A DNA stretch of 64,000 nt from a virus. Below the pieces are notes generated by a model. The model saw only the letters and a list, made by a program, of their open reading frames with translations, searched no databases and was not told where the DNA came from. Shown here piece after piece: positions 9,268 to 18,780 of this stretch (positions within the stretch are counted from its first letter, which is position 1; the number at the start of each line of letters is the position of its first letter). A program made the translations under genes and the position numbers. The stretch covers positions 61,806-125,805 of IMG/VR virus record IMGVR_UViG_3300034102_001514. The stretch is one strand, 5' to 3'.

Positions 9268-10029
9268 ACTTTCAAGTTTGGCCTGAAGTTTAACAATCTT
9301 CTTTTGGGAATCCTTAATACGTTGTTTAGGCCATTTAACATCCCAATTCAACATCTCAACCACACCATCTTCAATCAACTTTTGTTGTTCCATTTCCCAC
9401 TCTTCTTTAGTTCCTTTGTAGTAGGTTTTATCAATGTTTTCCCATTTGTAATCATTCTTAACTCGCCACGACAACACTGGGTGGTTACCCAACTCCACAA
9501 TCAACTCCTCTTTATTCATCGGAGCCAAGTGGTCAATTCGGGCTTGGGCGGTATTGATTAGGTTTTGGTGAGTTTCAATCTCTTTTTCCAATCGTTCAAT
9601 CGTATTCAATCGTTTTTGTTTTTCAACATACTCTTTAGCCAAATCACTCATCACACGGGGCATCTTTGTTTTGGTGATGTATCGGTAGTGGAATCGTTGG
9701 ATGTTGTAACCACCAGCGGTGATGGCTTCAGTCATAAAGTTGTGGGTCTCACCACCACGACCAATCAAAGCGGAAATCTCAATTCCCTTAGCACCCTCAT
9801 ACCAATTCATTTGTTCCAACTCATCGGTGGGGAGGATATAGTTCTGAAGGGCTTTCATTAGGTCAATCACAAGACTCAAACGAATCATCTCTTCCATATG
9901 TGGAGTGATAGTCAATTCTTTACCAACTTTTTTAAGGTAATGTGCTTTCTCACTCTCAATGATTTGAGCGGTGAGGTTGTTGATGGGACCTTCAAGGTTT
10001 TTGAGGATTTGTTCTTTGATGTTCTTCAT
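9253..10029 (-). CDS. hypothetical coiled-coil protein
   Basis: 258-aa ORF with its own promoter. Contains AGGYNIQRFHYRY. Confidence 0.75.
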   Translation of the reverse strand: MKNIKEQILKNLEGPINNLTAQIIESEKAHYLKKVGKELTITPHMEEMIRLSLVIDLMKALQNYILPTDELEQMNWYEGAKGIEISALIGRGGETHNFMTEAITAGGYNIQRFHYRYITKTKMPRVMSDLAKEYVEKQKRLNTIERLEKEIETHQNLINTAQARIDHLAPMNKEELIVELGNHPVLSWRVKNDYKWENIDKTYYKGTKEEWEMEQQKLIEDGVVEMLNWDVKWPKQRIKDSQKKIVKLQAKLESLTIS

Positions 10030-10048
10030 ATCTCTTTTTATTACATAG

Positions 10049-10103
10049 TAAAGATACGAAATAATTTGGAACTGCCAAATTTGTAATGTTAAGTTTATGT
10101 TAA
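10049..10103 (-). promoter_or_regulatory. sigma70 promoter with upstream TTAACA-N5-TTAACA box (near-duplicate of 57175-57229)
   Basis: TTTG-N19-TATCTTTA. Plus-strand TGTTAA at 10087-10092 and 10098-10103. Confidence 0.75.
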
Positions 10104-10774
10104 ATCTTTCTTGGAAATGGTAATCTTTCTGATGTTGTTTGCGTATCTCCGTTTAGTTTTGGTTTACAATCCCAAAGATGGTCGTAGGTATCCCACTTAC
10201 CATATCCCAAATTATCATAGTCTTGTCTAAATCGTTCATATACCAACTCACGAAGTTCATTTTCATCCCAATTAGTATCCCATGTAGTGGAATTTGATGG
10301 AACTGGCCTCCATCTCATTTGTGTTGGTGTAAATGTCCAATTAAAATCATTAGGAATAAATGGTAACTTACGAAGGTCTTCCAATACTGATTCAGCGTGT
10401 ATAATATAATCAATTCTTGGTTCAAATTGAGTTATTACCCTCCATTCAGACCAAGCAGAACATCTTTCATCAGAGGACCATTTTAGAGCATCCAAAGGGT
10501 TTAGTCCATTTGGTAATTCATTTCTATCATAAATTCCATGCTTCCAATATGATACCCACCTATAATATGGATGTCTAACTGAAACTATATGTAAATAATC
10601 TTGCGGGCAATCTTCAGGCCATGCGTTTTCATGGGTAAATATCATCCTTGGATTATCCGGCTGTGGTAAATGCGGATTCAAATCCGATGTTTCTCTAAAT
10701 ACATCGGCTGTGGCTCTGCTTGCAACCTTAAACGGAGCGTGCCAGACAAACTTATGTTTGTATGACCTATTCAT
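10100..10774 (-). CDS. sulfotransferase-like protein (Sulfotransfer_2 type)
   Basis: WHAPFKVASRA (5'-PSB-like), SVRHPYYRWVSYW (3'-PB-like) and C-terminal YERFRQDYDNLGY. Confidence 0.7.
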   Translation of the reverse strand: MNRSYKHKFVWHAPFKVASRATADVFRETSDLNPHLPQPDNPRMIFTHENAWPEDCPQDYLHIVSVRHPYYRWVSYWKHGIYDRNELPNGLNPLDALKWSSDERCSAWSEWRVITQFEPRIDYIIHAESVLEDLRKLPFIPNDFNWTFTPTQMRWRPVPSNSTTWDTNWDENELRELVYERFRQDYDNLGYGKWDTYDHLWDCKPKLNGDTQTTSERLPFPRKI

Positions 10775-11358
10775 TAATATTCAGTAGAAAAGAAAAATGT
10801 TTGAAATAGTCTTCCGTTTTCTTTATTAGTTCCAAAGTAATCTAACGACTGGTGGAATAAATCACCACGATAAAGAACCATTCTATTGTAGACATTTGCA
10901 AGTCGGTCTACTAAATCCCACTTTGTAAGGTCTTGAGAATCTATTCCAATATATCCAAGAAGTTCTCTATCTACCGAACCATCTTCTAATTTTGGAGAAT
11001 ACATAAGTCCGGTTTCTTTGTGTCTAAAAATACCAGTTCCACCACTTAATGGTGCGTTTGGTGTTAAATAAATTACACCAGCCCAAGTGTTATGCATATC
11101 TGCGTGAATCCAAGACCTTTCATATTGAGTTGTGTATTGATATGCACCATTATATTCATCGGTGCTCCATACTGTGATTTCACCAGAATGTGGTCTCAAT
11201 ATACTGCCAATGAATTCTTTTAAAGAATCATTTGCAAATGAAGTGGTTCTTTGACCGGGGTAATTTCCCTTTACTCCAAATTCTTGTGATAATGCAAATT
11301 CTCGTACATCATCAACATTATTGTAAAAATTATCAATAATTAAAGATTGAATTTTCAT
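10774..11358 (-). CDS. 2OG-Fe(II) oxygenase-like protein (DUF6445-like)
   Basis: IIDNFY, YPGQRT, WIHAD, GVIYLTP, GGTGIF, YNRMVLY...FHQS and RLFQTFFF. Confidence 0.8.
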   Translation of the reverse strand: MKIQSLIIDNFYNNVDDVREFALSQEFGVKGNYPGQRTTSFANDSLKEFIGSILRPHSGEITVWSTDEYNGAYQYTTQYERSWIHADMHNTWAGVIYLTPNAPLSGGTGIFRHKETGLMYSPKLEDGSVDRELLGYIGIDSQDLTKWDLVDRLANVYNRMVLYRGDLFHQSLDYFGTNKENGRLFQTFFFSTEY

Positions 11359-11374
11359 AACTAATTAATTTAAT

Positions 11375-12301
11375 TTATGCCATATTGGCGGTAATTGATT
11401 TGGGTGCGTTTTCTTTTACCCATTTGAATAAGATTTCTTTCCACAAACTTTCTGGGTAAGTTCCACTACCAGCTTTTTTAAGTGGTAAAGATAAAAAGTC
11501 TGATGGGTATTTTTCACCCTTTGGTCCTGTAATTTCGTTTCCTTCAGCATCTTTCATATACACTGTATTTTCAGGATTGTTTAACACCACATCAACTCTA
11601 CCATTCATTCCCTTTGGTAAAGCACGAGTAACAACCCCCCAAATAGTGTTTCCAGCACCCTCATGGGTTTTTAATAGGATATCTTCTGGAACTTGTCTTT
11701 CTCTTTTTTTGTTGTTCTGCATAGCAATCATATAGTTAGTCAAAACCCAAGTCAAATGAATGTTTTCAGGTTTATAACCAGCCGCTTTTAATTGAGGTAA
11801 AACTTGGGTAATGTCTGAAATGTCTTTTGCTGTGATATCAAACATAATGTTAGGTAAAACCTCGGGATTAGTTTGAGCTGCTAACATATTAGCAAGTGAT
11901 TTATCTTTTATACCCATAGCTTTAACAAGAGTATGTAGAGCCATAACGTGCTTTGGATTTCTTAAATCCATATTTTGAAGTCTATACCCATCCGCTTGGA
12001 TTTGTTTAATATTATCAATATCGGATTGTGAAATAGATTTACCATACTTGTTTAAAATTTGGTCTATGGTGATTTTACCAATACGATTTAAGATTTGAAG
12101 TTGTTTTTTCATCTCATCTACATCACGAAGTTTGTATCCAGCAGAATCCAAAAAGTTTGAAATAGCAAATCCTTTACCTGAACCAGCACCACCGGCAAGA
12201 AATACCACTTGACCATAGGGAGCTCTATTGTTGTAGGTAATAAGTTTTTCAACGAGTAATTCTTCGTTAATAACTTCTATAATCAAATCTTTTACTTTCA
12301 T
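11375..12301 (-). CDS. P-loop kinase/NTPase (zeta-toxin/AAA_33-like)
   Basis: VFLAGGAGSGKG Walker A, and NNKKRERQVPEDIL lid-like motif. N-terminal MKVKDLIIEVINEELLVE leader. Confidence 0.75.
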   Translation of the reverse strand: MKVKDLIIEVINEELLVEKLITYNNRAPYGQVVFLAGGAGSGKGFAISNFLDSAGYKLRDVDEMKKQLQILNRIGKITIDQILNKYGKSISQSDIDNIKQIQADGYRLQNMDLRNPKHVMALHTLVKAMGIKDKSLANMLAAQTNPEVLPNIMFDITAKDISDITQVLPQLKAAGYKPENIHLTWVLTNYMIAMQNNKKRERQVPEDILLKTHEGAGNTIWGVVTRALPKGMNGRVDVVLNNPENTVYMKDAEGNEITGPKGEKYPSDFLSLPLKKAGSGTYPESLWKEILFKWVKENAPKSITANMA

Positions 12302-12516
12302 TTTGACTTCCGTGGAAATGGACTTTTTGAAGTATTGTATGGAAAAATCTGATTGAGTTTTTGTTGTCTTGCTTTACAACCACAATCATCAGCACCAACT
12401 GCTTTAGCAATTTGTTCTGCAACTACATCTAATTTTGTAGCTGATGTGATTTTAGCAATAGTATCTCCCAATCCTTGTGATGCGGGTGATTCTGACTTTT
12501 GTGGTAAATTACTCAT
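12298..12516 (-). CDS. small conserved phage protein (GLGD...CGC motif)
   Basis: GLGDTIAKIT...DCGCKARQQKLNQIFPY pattern, recurrent in aquatic phages. Confidence 0.75.
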   Translation of the reverse strand: MSNLPQKSESPASQGLGDTIAKITSATKLDVVAEQIAKAVGADDCGCKARQQKLNQIFPYNTSKSPFPRKSK

Positions 12517-12752
12517 AATGTTTTTATTTCTATTTTAAAATCTTCATTAAGTAGGACTTCTTGGATTCTTTTTAAATCATCAAAGTCATCACTACTTTTG
12601 ATTACACATCTACCCGTTGTATGAACTATTTCTATAATTGAATCCGAATGTAAACTCGGATACGCAAATGTTCTTTTTAACATAGAATGAACCTCACCAA
12701 ATGTGTGGATGTCATCATTTAATAAATATAGTTTATACATTAAATCCATCAA
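12513..12752 (-). CDS. clpS: ClpS-like N-degron adaptor
   Basis: LYLLNDDIHTFGEV...IVHTTGRCVIKS matches the ClpS core (NDD and VH motifs). Confidence 0.7.
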   Translation of the reverse strand: MMDLMYKLYLLNDDIHTFGEVHSMLKRTFAYPSLHSDSIIEIVHTTGRCVIKSSDDFDDLKRIQEVLLNEDFKIEIKTL

Positions 12753-12930
12753 AAAAGATAATTTCTTCGGGAGAGTGTTTTTCTTTAAATTTATTTACAA
12801 TATCAATCACAAATTTCCAATCATTGGCAATTTCTGCTTCTATTTTTGTTTTATCGTGATATACATAAATAATATAACCACTTTGTGGGTCTATTACTTC
12901 ATCTAATTTCTTGACTTGAATCGTTACCAT
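12733..12930 (-). CDS. hypothetical protein
   Basis: Overlapping start and stop with neighbours. Confidence 0.55.
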   Translation of the reverse strand: MVTIQVKKLDEVIDPQSGYIIYVYHDKTKIEAEIANDWKFVIDIVNKFKEKHSPEEIIFFDGFNV

Positions 12931-13120
12931 TCATTATCTCCAGCATACTCAAACTTATTTTAAGATTACCACACTTTTCGTATTCTTCTAAAGCATCATA
13001 ATAATCAATTAAAGTTTGGATTATAGTTTTTTTCATTTCCAATGAAACTTCCGAGCCTTCACCTTGTGTAATAATTTCATACACTTGGTTCATAGCTTTT
13101 TGTTCATAGTTTTCTGACAT
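12899..13120 (-). CDS. small helical protein (UVR-like EEYEKC motif)
   Basis: LIDYYDALEEYEKCGNL. Likely start MSENYEQK. Confidence 0.6.
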   Translation of the reverse strand: MSENYEQKAMNQVYEIITQGEGSEVSLEMKKTIIQTLIDYYDALEEYEKCGNLKISLSMLEIMNGNDSSQEIR

Positions 13121-13146
13121 AAATAGAGTTTGGAGATTTAATAAAA

Positions 13147-13524
13147 CTACATTACCCCTGAAATAATGTATCCAACAATACCAACTAAAGATGTAAACAC
13201 AATCCAAAGTGCTTTGGTGACTCCATCTTTCCAATCTTTCATCTTTTCAAACTCGGTAACCATTTTATTGTAGTAATCTTCGTTATCTTCTTGGTCCATA
13301 CGATATTCGGTATTTTTGTTTACACGAACAATAATCCCATCCTCTGGATTTAATAGTGTATATTTGATATCAGACACATCATTTTTTAAAGTAGTGTAAT
13401 TGTCACGAAGGCTTCGGATAGATTCTTCCATACGCTTTAACTCCCCATTTGGGAGTTTGGTCTTCATAGAAGCAATTTCTACAAGAATTTTTTCTAAAAC
13501 TTCTTTTTGGGATAGAGCAGCCAT
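13147..13524 (-). CDS. coiled-coil protein with C-terminal TM helix
   Basis: C-terminal ALWIVFTSLVGIVGYIISG. Confidence 0.75.
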   Translation of the reverse strand: MAALSQKEVLEKILVEIASMKTKLPNGELKRMEESIRSLRDNYTTLKNDVSDIKYTLLNPEDGIIVRVNKNTEYRMDQEDNEDYYNKMVTEFEKMKDWKDGVTKALWIVFTSLVGIVGYIISGVM

Positions 13525-13550
13525 ATGGATTCCTCGTTAAAATAAACTGG

Positions 13551-14120
13551 TTATAAATATGACTTGAATTGGTCTGAAATATAATTTTCTAATAATTCTT
13601 TGGTTTCGGAGTGAGAAAGATGTTCTACTGCAAGAATTGATTTTAACTTTACATTTGGGTATTTGTTTTGTAAAGCACCCACAGCTTTTACATTTTTGAT
13701 TGAATCATCCATAAATGCAATATCGGTGTATCCATTTTTGATATGTTTTTCAATCCAATCAGCTTTAGCTTGTGGGTCAGCATCACCCAATGCGACCACA
13801 TATACATCTAAACCATATTTGTCTTTAAAAAACTTTTTAATAGGAAATCCAATTGCTCTTGCAGTTAAGATGGTTACTTTTTTATGACCACTTGATAACA
13901 TCTTTTGAAGTATAGACAAGTTCTTTTTGATAACTTGTGGTTTATTCAACATTCTATTGAATTCTCTAAAATCAAATGTATCACCTTGTTTTGGTTCGTA
14001 TTTAGCGTATTCCGCCGGGTCCATTTTTGTTTCTGAACCATCCTTATCTTTAACATAGATGTATGATACACTTTTAGCAAGCGTATCATCAAAATCAAAT
14101 ACTCTTAATACTTTTCCCAT
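13551..14120 (-). CDS. HAD-family phosphatase (RNA-repair HAD-like)
   Basis: VFDFDDTL, ILTAR, K and FMDDS motifs. Confidence 0.82.
   Translation of the reverse strand: MGKVLRVFDFDDTLAKSVSYIYVKDKDGSETKMDPAEYAKYEPKQGDTFDFREFNRMLNKPQVIKKNLSILQKMLSSGHKKVTILTARAIGFPIKKFFKDKYGLDVYVVALGDADPQAKADWIEKHIKNGYTDIAFMDDSIKNVKAVGALQNKYPNVKLKSILAVEHLSHSETKELLENYISDQFKSYL
13553..13560 (-). promoter_or_regulatory. putative phage late-type promoter motif (ATATTTAT)
   Basis: Recurrent motif, here 28 nt upstream of the ATG at 13524. Confidence 0.45.
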
Positions 14121-14980
14121 TATCTATAATAACCAGTGTTTCTTCTATAATTCTGAACTATTTCAGCATCCGTTAAAGCTCTCCCATAAACTCTAGCAAT
14201 ACCAAATCTACCATCAAAGTAAGAACCATCACCTTGGCTTGTTCCATCAAGAGCACCAAATGCAATACGAAATTCTGAAGCTAAATTATCCATAGGTGAA
14301 CTAAAATTTACATTTGCGGTTTGGCCTACTAAAACACCATCAATATAACCCTTTACAGGAGTTCCGTGACCCCCATAAGTTAATACAAGTTGATGCCATT
14401 CATTAAATGATAAAGCACCAGTTCCACCGGTACTTGTAATACCCGCACCGGTCCATAATCCAAATTCAACTTGACCCGATACTAATTCGATAATACTATT
14501 ATGATAGCCATCATCAACAGCACTTTGCCCTAAATGAGAAGCTATAACCCCATTATTAGTTGGATTAATCCAAACTTCAACCGACTGAGCTTCATCTTCA
14601 ATAGTTATCACTTGGTCTAAATCTGGAGTAATAATATGGTCGTTTGAAAATGTAAAATATCCAGCAGAATTCCAAGGTGGAGAACCTACAATTGTTCCGT
14701 TTCTATTGTTTTTTGAAAGGTCGTTGATTGTAGACCCACTTCCACTATATGATGCAAATATACTAGCGTCATAATACAATAGTAAATCATTTTCTACATA
14801 TGAAAGAGAACTATGAGCATATCCAAGACCAAATGTATTTCTCAAATCTTGTTGATACTCTAACCATTTTTTTTTGTTTTGCTCTTCAACAATTCTTTTA
14901 CGGCTAGCTTTTTTAGCAGCCTCTTCTATCTCTTTTTTACGAAGATAATCTTTTAAATGTGGGTTATTACTGAAATCCAT
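14120..14980 (-). CDS. LamG/concanavalin A-like domain protein
   Basis: LLLYYDA...SYSGSGSTINDLS, SVEVWINP, WHQLVLTY, YIDGVL and ARVYGRALTDAEIVQNY. Confidence 0.85.
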   Translation of the reverse strand: MDFSNNPHLKDYLRKKEIEEAAKKASRKRIVEEQNKKKWLEYQQDLRNTFGLGYAHSSLSYVENDLLLYYDASIFASYSGSGSTINDLSKNNRNGTIVGSPPWNSAGYFTFSNDHIITPDLDQVITIEDEAQSVEVWINPTNNGVIASHLGQSAVDDGYHNSIIELVSGQVEFGLWTGAGITSTGGTGALSFNEWHQLVLTYGGHGTPVKGYIDGVLVGQTANVNFSSPMDNLASEFRIAFGALDGTSQGDGSYFDGRFGIARVYGRALTDAEIVQNYRRNTGYYR

Positions 14981-14984
14981 ATTA

Positions 14985-15743
14985 TTACTTTAAATTAGGG
15001 ATACCGCCAATTTTTTCAATTCTGGCTTTCCAAGTTTTATAAATTAAACCTTTATTGGATATTGTGATAATACCATCATCCACTAATGAATTCAAGTAAT
15101 CGTTCACCACAACTTGATATGGTCTTTTCATTGTCTTTGCTTTTGAATACAATCCGTGAATGTTAGCATCTACTTCTTTTGGTAGTAAAAAGTATTTGTA
15201 ATACAATTCGGGATTTTGGCGAATTCTAACTCTCATTTTTTCATCACCCCTTAAAACCTTTGATGCTTTTGCAAGGGCTGACTTTCTTCCGTGAGTCAAG
15301 TGTTCTACTTCGTGTCTTACCAAATCACGGAGAATCGGTTGAATCTTTGAAAAAATAGTTTCACCATCGGATGGGTGAATACCAATGTGAACTTCAATTG
15401 AAGGATATTCAGAATCAGCTTCAGCAGAACCATCAATGTAAAACTTACCCGGCTTAACACCCTCTTCACTAATAGCGAACTTCAATTCTACTTCAACACC
15501 AACACCACTTGTTGAGTCGTTGAACTCGCCAACATAAATGGTACGAGTTTCGTTTTGGAACAAATCCTGCAATGAGGTGTTTGTTTCTGGATTTTTACGA
15601 ATAGTATATCCTTTGTATTTCTTTGGGGATTCTCCTGAACCACTGCCCTTGATAGCATCTTTTACCTTTGTAAAGATTGCTTTGTTGATTTCACCCGTGA
15701 GTTTATCGTACATTCCTTCTAATATGAGTTCTTTGAGCTTCAT
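14985..15743 (-). CDS. HExxH zinc-metalloprotease-like protein
   Basis: LVRHEVEHLTH plus downstream EVDAN. N-terminal MKLKELILE leader. Confidence 0.65.
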   Translation of the reverse strand: MKLKELILEGMYDKLTGEINKAIFTKVKDAIKGSGSGESPKKYKGYTIRKNPETNTSLQDLFQNETRTIYVGEFNDSTSGVGVEVELKFAISEEGVKPGKFYIDGSAEADSEYPSIEVHIGIHPSDGETIFSKIQPILRDLVRHEVEHLTHGRKSALAKASKVLRGDEKMRVRIRQNPELYYKYFLLPKEVDANIHGLYSKAKTMKRPYQVVVNDYLNSLVDDGIITISNKGLIYKTWKARIEKIGGIPNLK

Positions 15744-15744
15744 A

Positions 15745-15776
15745 CAAATATACGAATAAAATTTGAATTATCCAAA
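15745..15776 (-). promoter_or_regulatory. Bacteroidetes-type sigma70 promoter
   Basis: TTTG-N20-TATATTTG. It abuts the ATG at 15743, so the gene it serves is uncertain. Confidence 0.55.
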
Positions 15777-15847
15777 TTATTTAAAATAATTTTATGTTTA
15801 GAGTCGTTCATGTTAAAATGCCGATTGTATTAGGTTGTCTTTATAAA

Positions 15848-16384
15848 TTAAATATTATCAATTACAAAATCCAATGTAGAATCTTTACCTTTTAATTCTT
15901 TCCAATATTTGGAATTAATAAAGGTAGAATATAATCCATTCATATTTGTGTTTGCTTCTACTTCCCACGGTAATTTTACATAGGATGCAATATCAGTTTT
16001 CATTAACCTACCATAATCCTTTGCGGTGATATACTCTTTACCTTTCCATAGGATGGCAGTATAATCTTTATTTGGTAGGAGTTCATTTTTAGAAACTTGT
16101 TTAACATGAGTTAGTTCATGTATCATAGATTGTATAATTCGTTTATACGATTGGTTTGGGTTGAAATGTAGATAAAATTTATTACCATCTACTGAATTGG
16201 AGTTTAGGGATATATCACCAATCATTCCAGCTTTATCTTTTTTCTTTACGATAATCTTTGCTTTAAAGTTAAACTTATCCATCATAAAAGAAACTACCGA
16301 TTTAACCATTAAGGTTTCGTGTGGTTTTAGTTTTAAAGATGTTCCGAAAAGGTCTTCGGATAATATATCTTTTAACTTAATCAT
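15848..16384 (-). CDS. HExxH zinc-metalloprotease-like protein
   Basis: MIHELTHVKQ...YVKLPWEVEA. Likely start MIKLKDILSE. Confidence 0.75.
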   Translation of the reverse strand: MIKLKDILSEDLFGTSLKLKPHETLMVKSVVSFMMDKFNFKAKIIVKKKDKAGMIGDISLNSNSVDGNKFYLHFNPNQSYKRIIQSMIHELTHVKQVSKNELLPNKDYTAILWKGKEYITAKDYGRLMKTDIASYVKLPWEVEANTNMNGLYSTFINSKYWKELKGKDSTLDFVIDNI

Positions 16385-16385
16385 G

Positions 16386-17624
16386 TTAAGCTCCGGTTTT
16401 TGACAATGTAGGTTTTTGTCCTTTTGATTGCTCTCCACCCTTTTTACTATCACCTGCCTTTTTTTGGTCGGCTCTTTTTCTTCTTACGAATGCAGCTCTA
16501 CCTTCAGGTCCTAATTTTGCAGCTTTTTCTTTTGATAAACACGCTGCATAAGCATCACCCTCATCACCATCACCACACTTACCTAATTTCTGACCATCGG
16601 AACCATATCTATCCCAACCGCCACCGCCAGATGAACCTGTTTTACCCGTACCAAACCACTTACGAAGGTCTTCTTCAAGTTGTTGTAACTCGTTCTTTTT
16701 TCTACCTTGACAATGTGCTTTTTGTGAAAACCCCTTTGGATTATTACAATCTATGGAGCGTTTGTATTTGTCACTCCAATCTTCATTACGGGCTTTACTT
16801 GCTTCAATAGCTTGTAATTGTTTTAATGCGTCTTTGTAAGTGTTGTGGGTTCCTAATCTATCGCCGCCTGATTTTGGATATACAACATACTTGCCATCTA
16901 CTTTTTTAATAGTTTCAAATACCCCTTTGGTTTGGGTTTTAATAAATGGTCCTCTTCTGATAGTTTTAAATGGAACATTCAATTCTTGTCCGAAAAGGTT
17001 TTTTGGTGATAATACTCTTAATTTAACAAGTTCTGATTTATTATCAGTAGACACCACTTCAAATTCAATATCAGAATATTTTTTACCTTTTAGTGTAAGA
17101 TTTTTACCTGTAATGAATTTATGTATCTTACTACCACTAACCGCTTGTGCTTCTTCAATTCCACCGGGTGGAGTTTCTACTGGCGGTTCTGCTGGCGGTT
17201 CTGAATCTGAAGGGGGTGTGGTGGGTTCTTCTTTTGGTTCTTCTGCTTTAGAAGTCATATAAAGTGGAAATGCGTATGTATATCTACCACCACATCTTCT
17301 TTTATATTCCGCGTCAGATTCTCCTTTTATACGAGGACCACACCCCATTTCACAAATACCAATAACATCCTCACCTTCTTGAATCATTCTAAATTTAAGT
17401 AATGGTTTTCCGTTGATAGTAATGTCACCTTTTTCGTTTTTATCTATTGACTTTACAACAATTCTTTTGTTTTTGAATTTACCACCAAGTAAAGTATCAC
17501 CCACATTAATTGGAATGTTAATGTCTTCACTAATTGGAACGCAGTTAGGAACCATGCGGTCACCCTTTTTCTTCAGGCCCGCTTGTCTATACCCTTTCCA
17601 ACACGCTTCTACAATTACGCCCAT
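16386..17624 (-). CDS. mosaic protein of short modules (putative head polyprotein)
   Basis: Modules CWKGY..KKKG..VPNCVP, WSDKYKRSIDCNNPKGFSQKAHC and DLRKWF..GGW..KCG, separated by x-x-E sites. Pro-rich linker. Confidence 0.75.
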   Translation of the reverse strand: MGVIVEACWKGYRQAGLKKKGDRMVPNCVPISEDINIPINVGDTLLGGKFKNKRIVVKSIDKNEKGDITINGKPLLKFRMIQEGEDVIGICEMGCGPRIKGESDAEYKRRCGGRYTYAFPLYMTSKAEEPKEEPTTPPSDSEPPAEPPVETPPGGIEEAQAVSGSKIHKFITGKNLTLKGKKYSDIEFEVVSTDNKSELVKLRVLSPKNLFGQELNVPFKTIRRGPFIKTQTKGVFETIKKVDGKYVVYPKSGGDRLGTHNTYKDALKQLQAIEASKARNEDWSDKYKRSIDCNNPKGFSQKAHCQGRKKNELQQLEEDLRKWFGTGKTGSSGGGGWDRYGSDGQKLGKCGDGDEGDAYAACLSKEKAAKLGPEGRAAFVRRKRADQKKAGDSKKGGEQSKGQKPTLSKTGA

Positions 17625-18136
17625 GGATGATTATCTTTTACTCTATTAAAGAAATTTACCAACCCAAGAACTTGTGGTTGCATTTTCACATCATCAAAGT
17701 GTAATTCATAAGTATCGGTATCATACTTCCAATGAGCTTCACTTTCACCTCTACGAACTCCCCAAATTGTGTCACTTTTAAATGCATCATCAATTATAAT
17801 ATTTTTTGGATTTAACTTTTTGTAATTGACTCTTAATTTAGTAAATGATGATGGGTCAAGTGGTACTCTGTGCTTGAAGATATTCGCTTCTTTTAGATTT
17901 GCCTTACTAATACCTGAAACTATTTCCATTACAGGATGAGAACTACCTTCTTGAATTTCAGCACCCAAGTATTTTTTATACAACATAGCAAGAAATGGTA
18001 TTAACTCAGCAACCATTTTTCTTTTTTCATCCTGACTATCTTTACTCACTCTAACTTGTTGAGTAGCGCTAGGTGGATTGTGGATGGCTTGAAGAGCTTG
18101 TCTTTGTAATCCGCGTTTTGTTTTTACCAAAGCCAT
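17615..18136 (-). CDS. hypothetical protein
   Basis: Tightly packed ORF with internal IQE and LKE sites. Confidence 0.7.
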   Translation of the reverse strand: MALVKTKRGLQRQALQAIHNPPSATQQVRVSKDSQDEKRKMVAELIPFLAMLYKKYLGAEIQEGSSHPVMEIVSGISKANLKEANIFKHRVPLDPSSFTKLRVNYKKLNPKNIIIDDAFKSDTIWGVRRGESEAHWKYDTDTYELHFDDVKMQPQVLGLVNFFNRVKDNHPWA

Positions 18137-18780
18137 TATAGTTTTCCCATTTTAATTAAATACAAAAAAAGCTCGTTTCCTAATTCAATACCAAATTTAG
18201 AATCCGATGGGTAATGCATATGTCCCACGTTTCTAGCATAAGATATATCATCGGCCAGAGCCATAAAATTGTATTTATGTTCAGGATATAAATATGAAAA
18301 ATAATTAGCAAGAAGTAGTGATTGAGCAGAATGTCCTGATGGGTATGATGGAGTTGCGGCCGTGTCTGGTTTTTCACTTTTTAATTTTATCATTACTAAT
18401 GGGTGGTTTGCAACTTGGTCGGGTCTTGGTCTATTATAATGATATTTTAATTTCAGAATAATTGAACCACTTTCATCCATAAGTTCTTTTATCAATTCCT
18501 TTGAATATTTTAATTTATTTATTTTCATATAAGAATCAAAATATTTTTCAACATTATCAGTTTCTTCTACAAAAGATTTATCAACTTCTATATTAGATAA
18601 TTGTAATAATTCTTTTTTTGTCTGACTTGAACTTGGTAATGATGGTGGATTTCCCATAAAGTTTTTAATTGGGAAGTTTTCAAAATAATTTAAACGAATA
18701 TCCATACGCTTTTTATGCTTACTCGGAATTTCATCCGTGTAAACCATCGTGTTTAGACTATGGACATCTGATAATTTCAT
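18136..18780 (-). CDS. PAP2-superfamily acid phosphatase / haloperoxidase-like protein
   Basis: KYHYNRPRP, PSYPSGHS and RNVGHMHYPSD catalytic motifs. Confidence 0.88.
   Translation of the reverse strand: MKLSDVHSLNTMVYTDEIPSKHKKRMDIRLNYFENFPIKNFMGNPPSLPSSSQTKKELLQLSNIEVDKSFVEETDNVEKYFDSYMKINKLKYSKELIKELMDESGSIILKLKYHYNRPRPDQVANHPLVMIKLKSEKPDTAATPSYPSGHSAQSLLLANYFSYLYPEHKYNFMALADDISYARNVGHMHYPSDSKFGIELGNELFLYLIKMGKL

Noticed and set aside
8334-10103. Three similar sequences spaced ~0.85 kb apart, considered as a CRISPR array or integron-like att sites
   Set aside because: They are degenerate and non-palindromic, are separated by whole genes, and match a promoter consensus. No cas1/2 or integrase is present.
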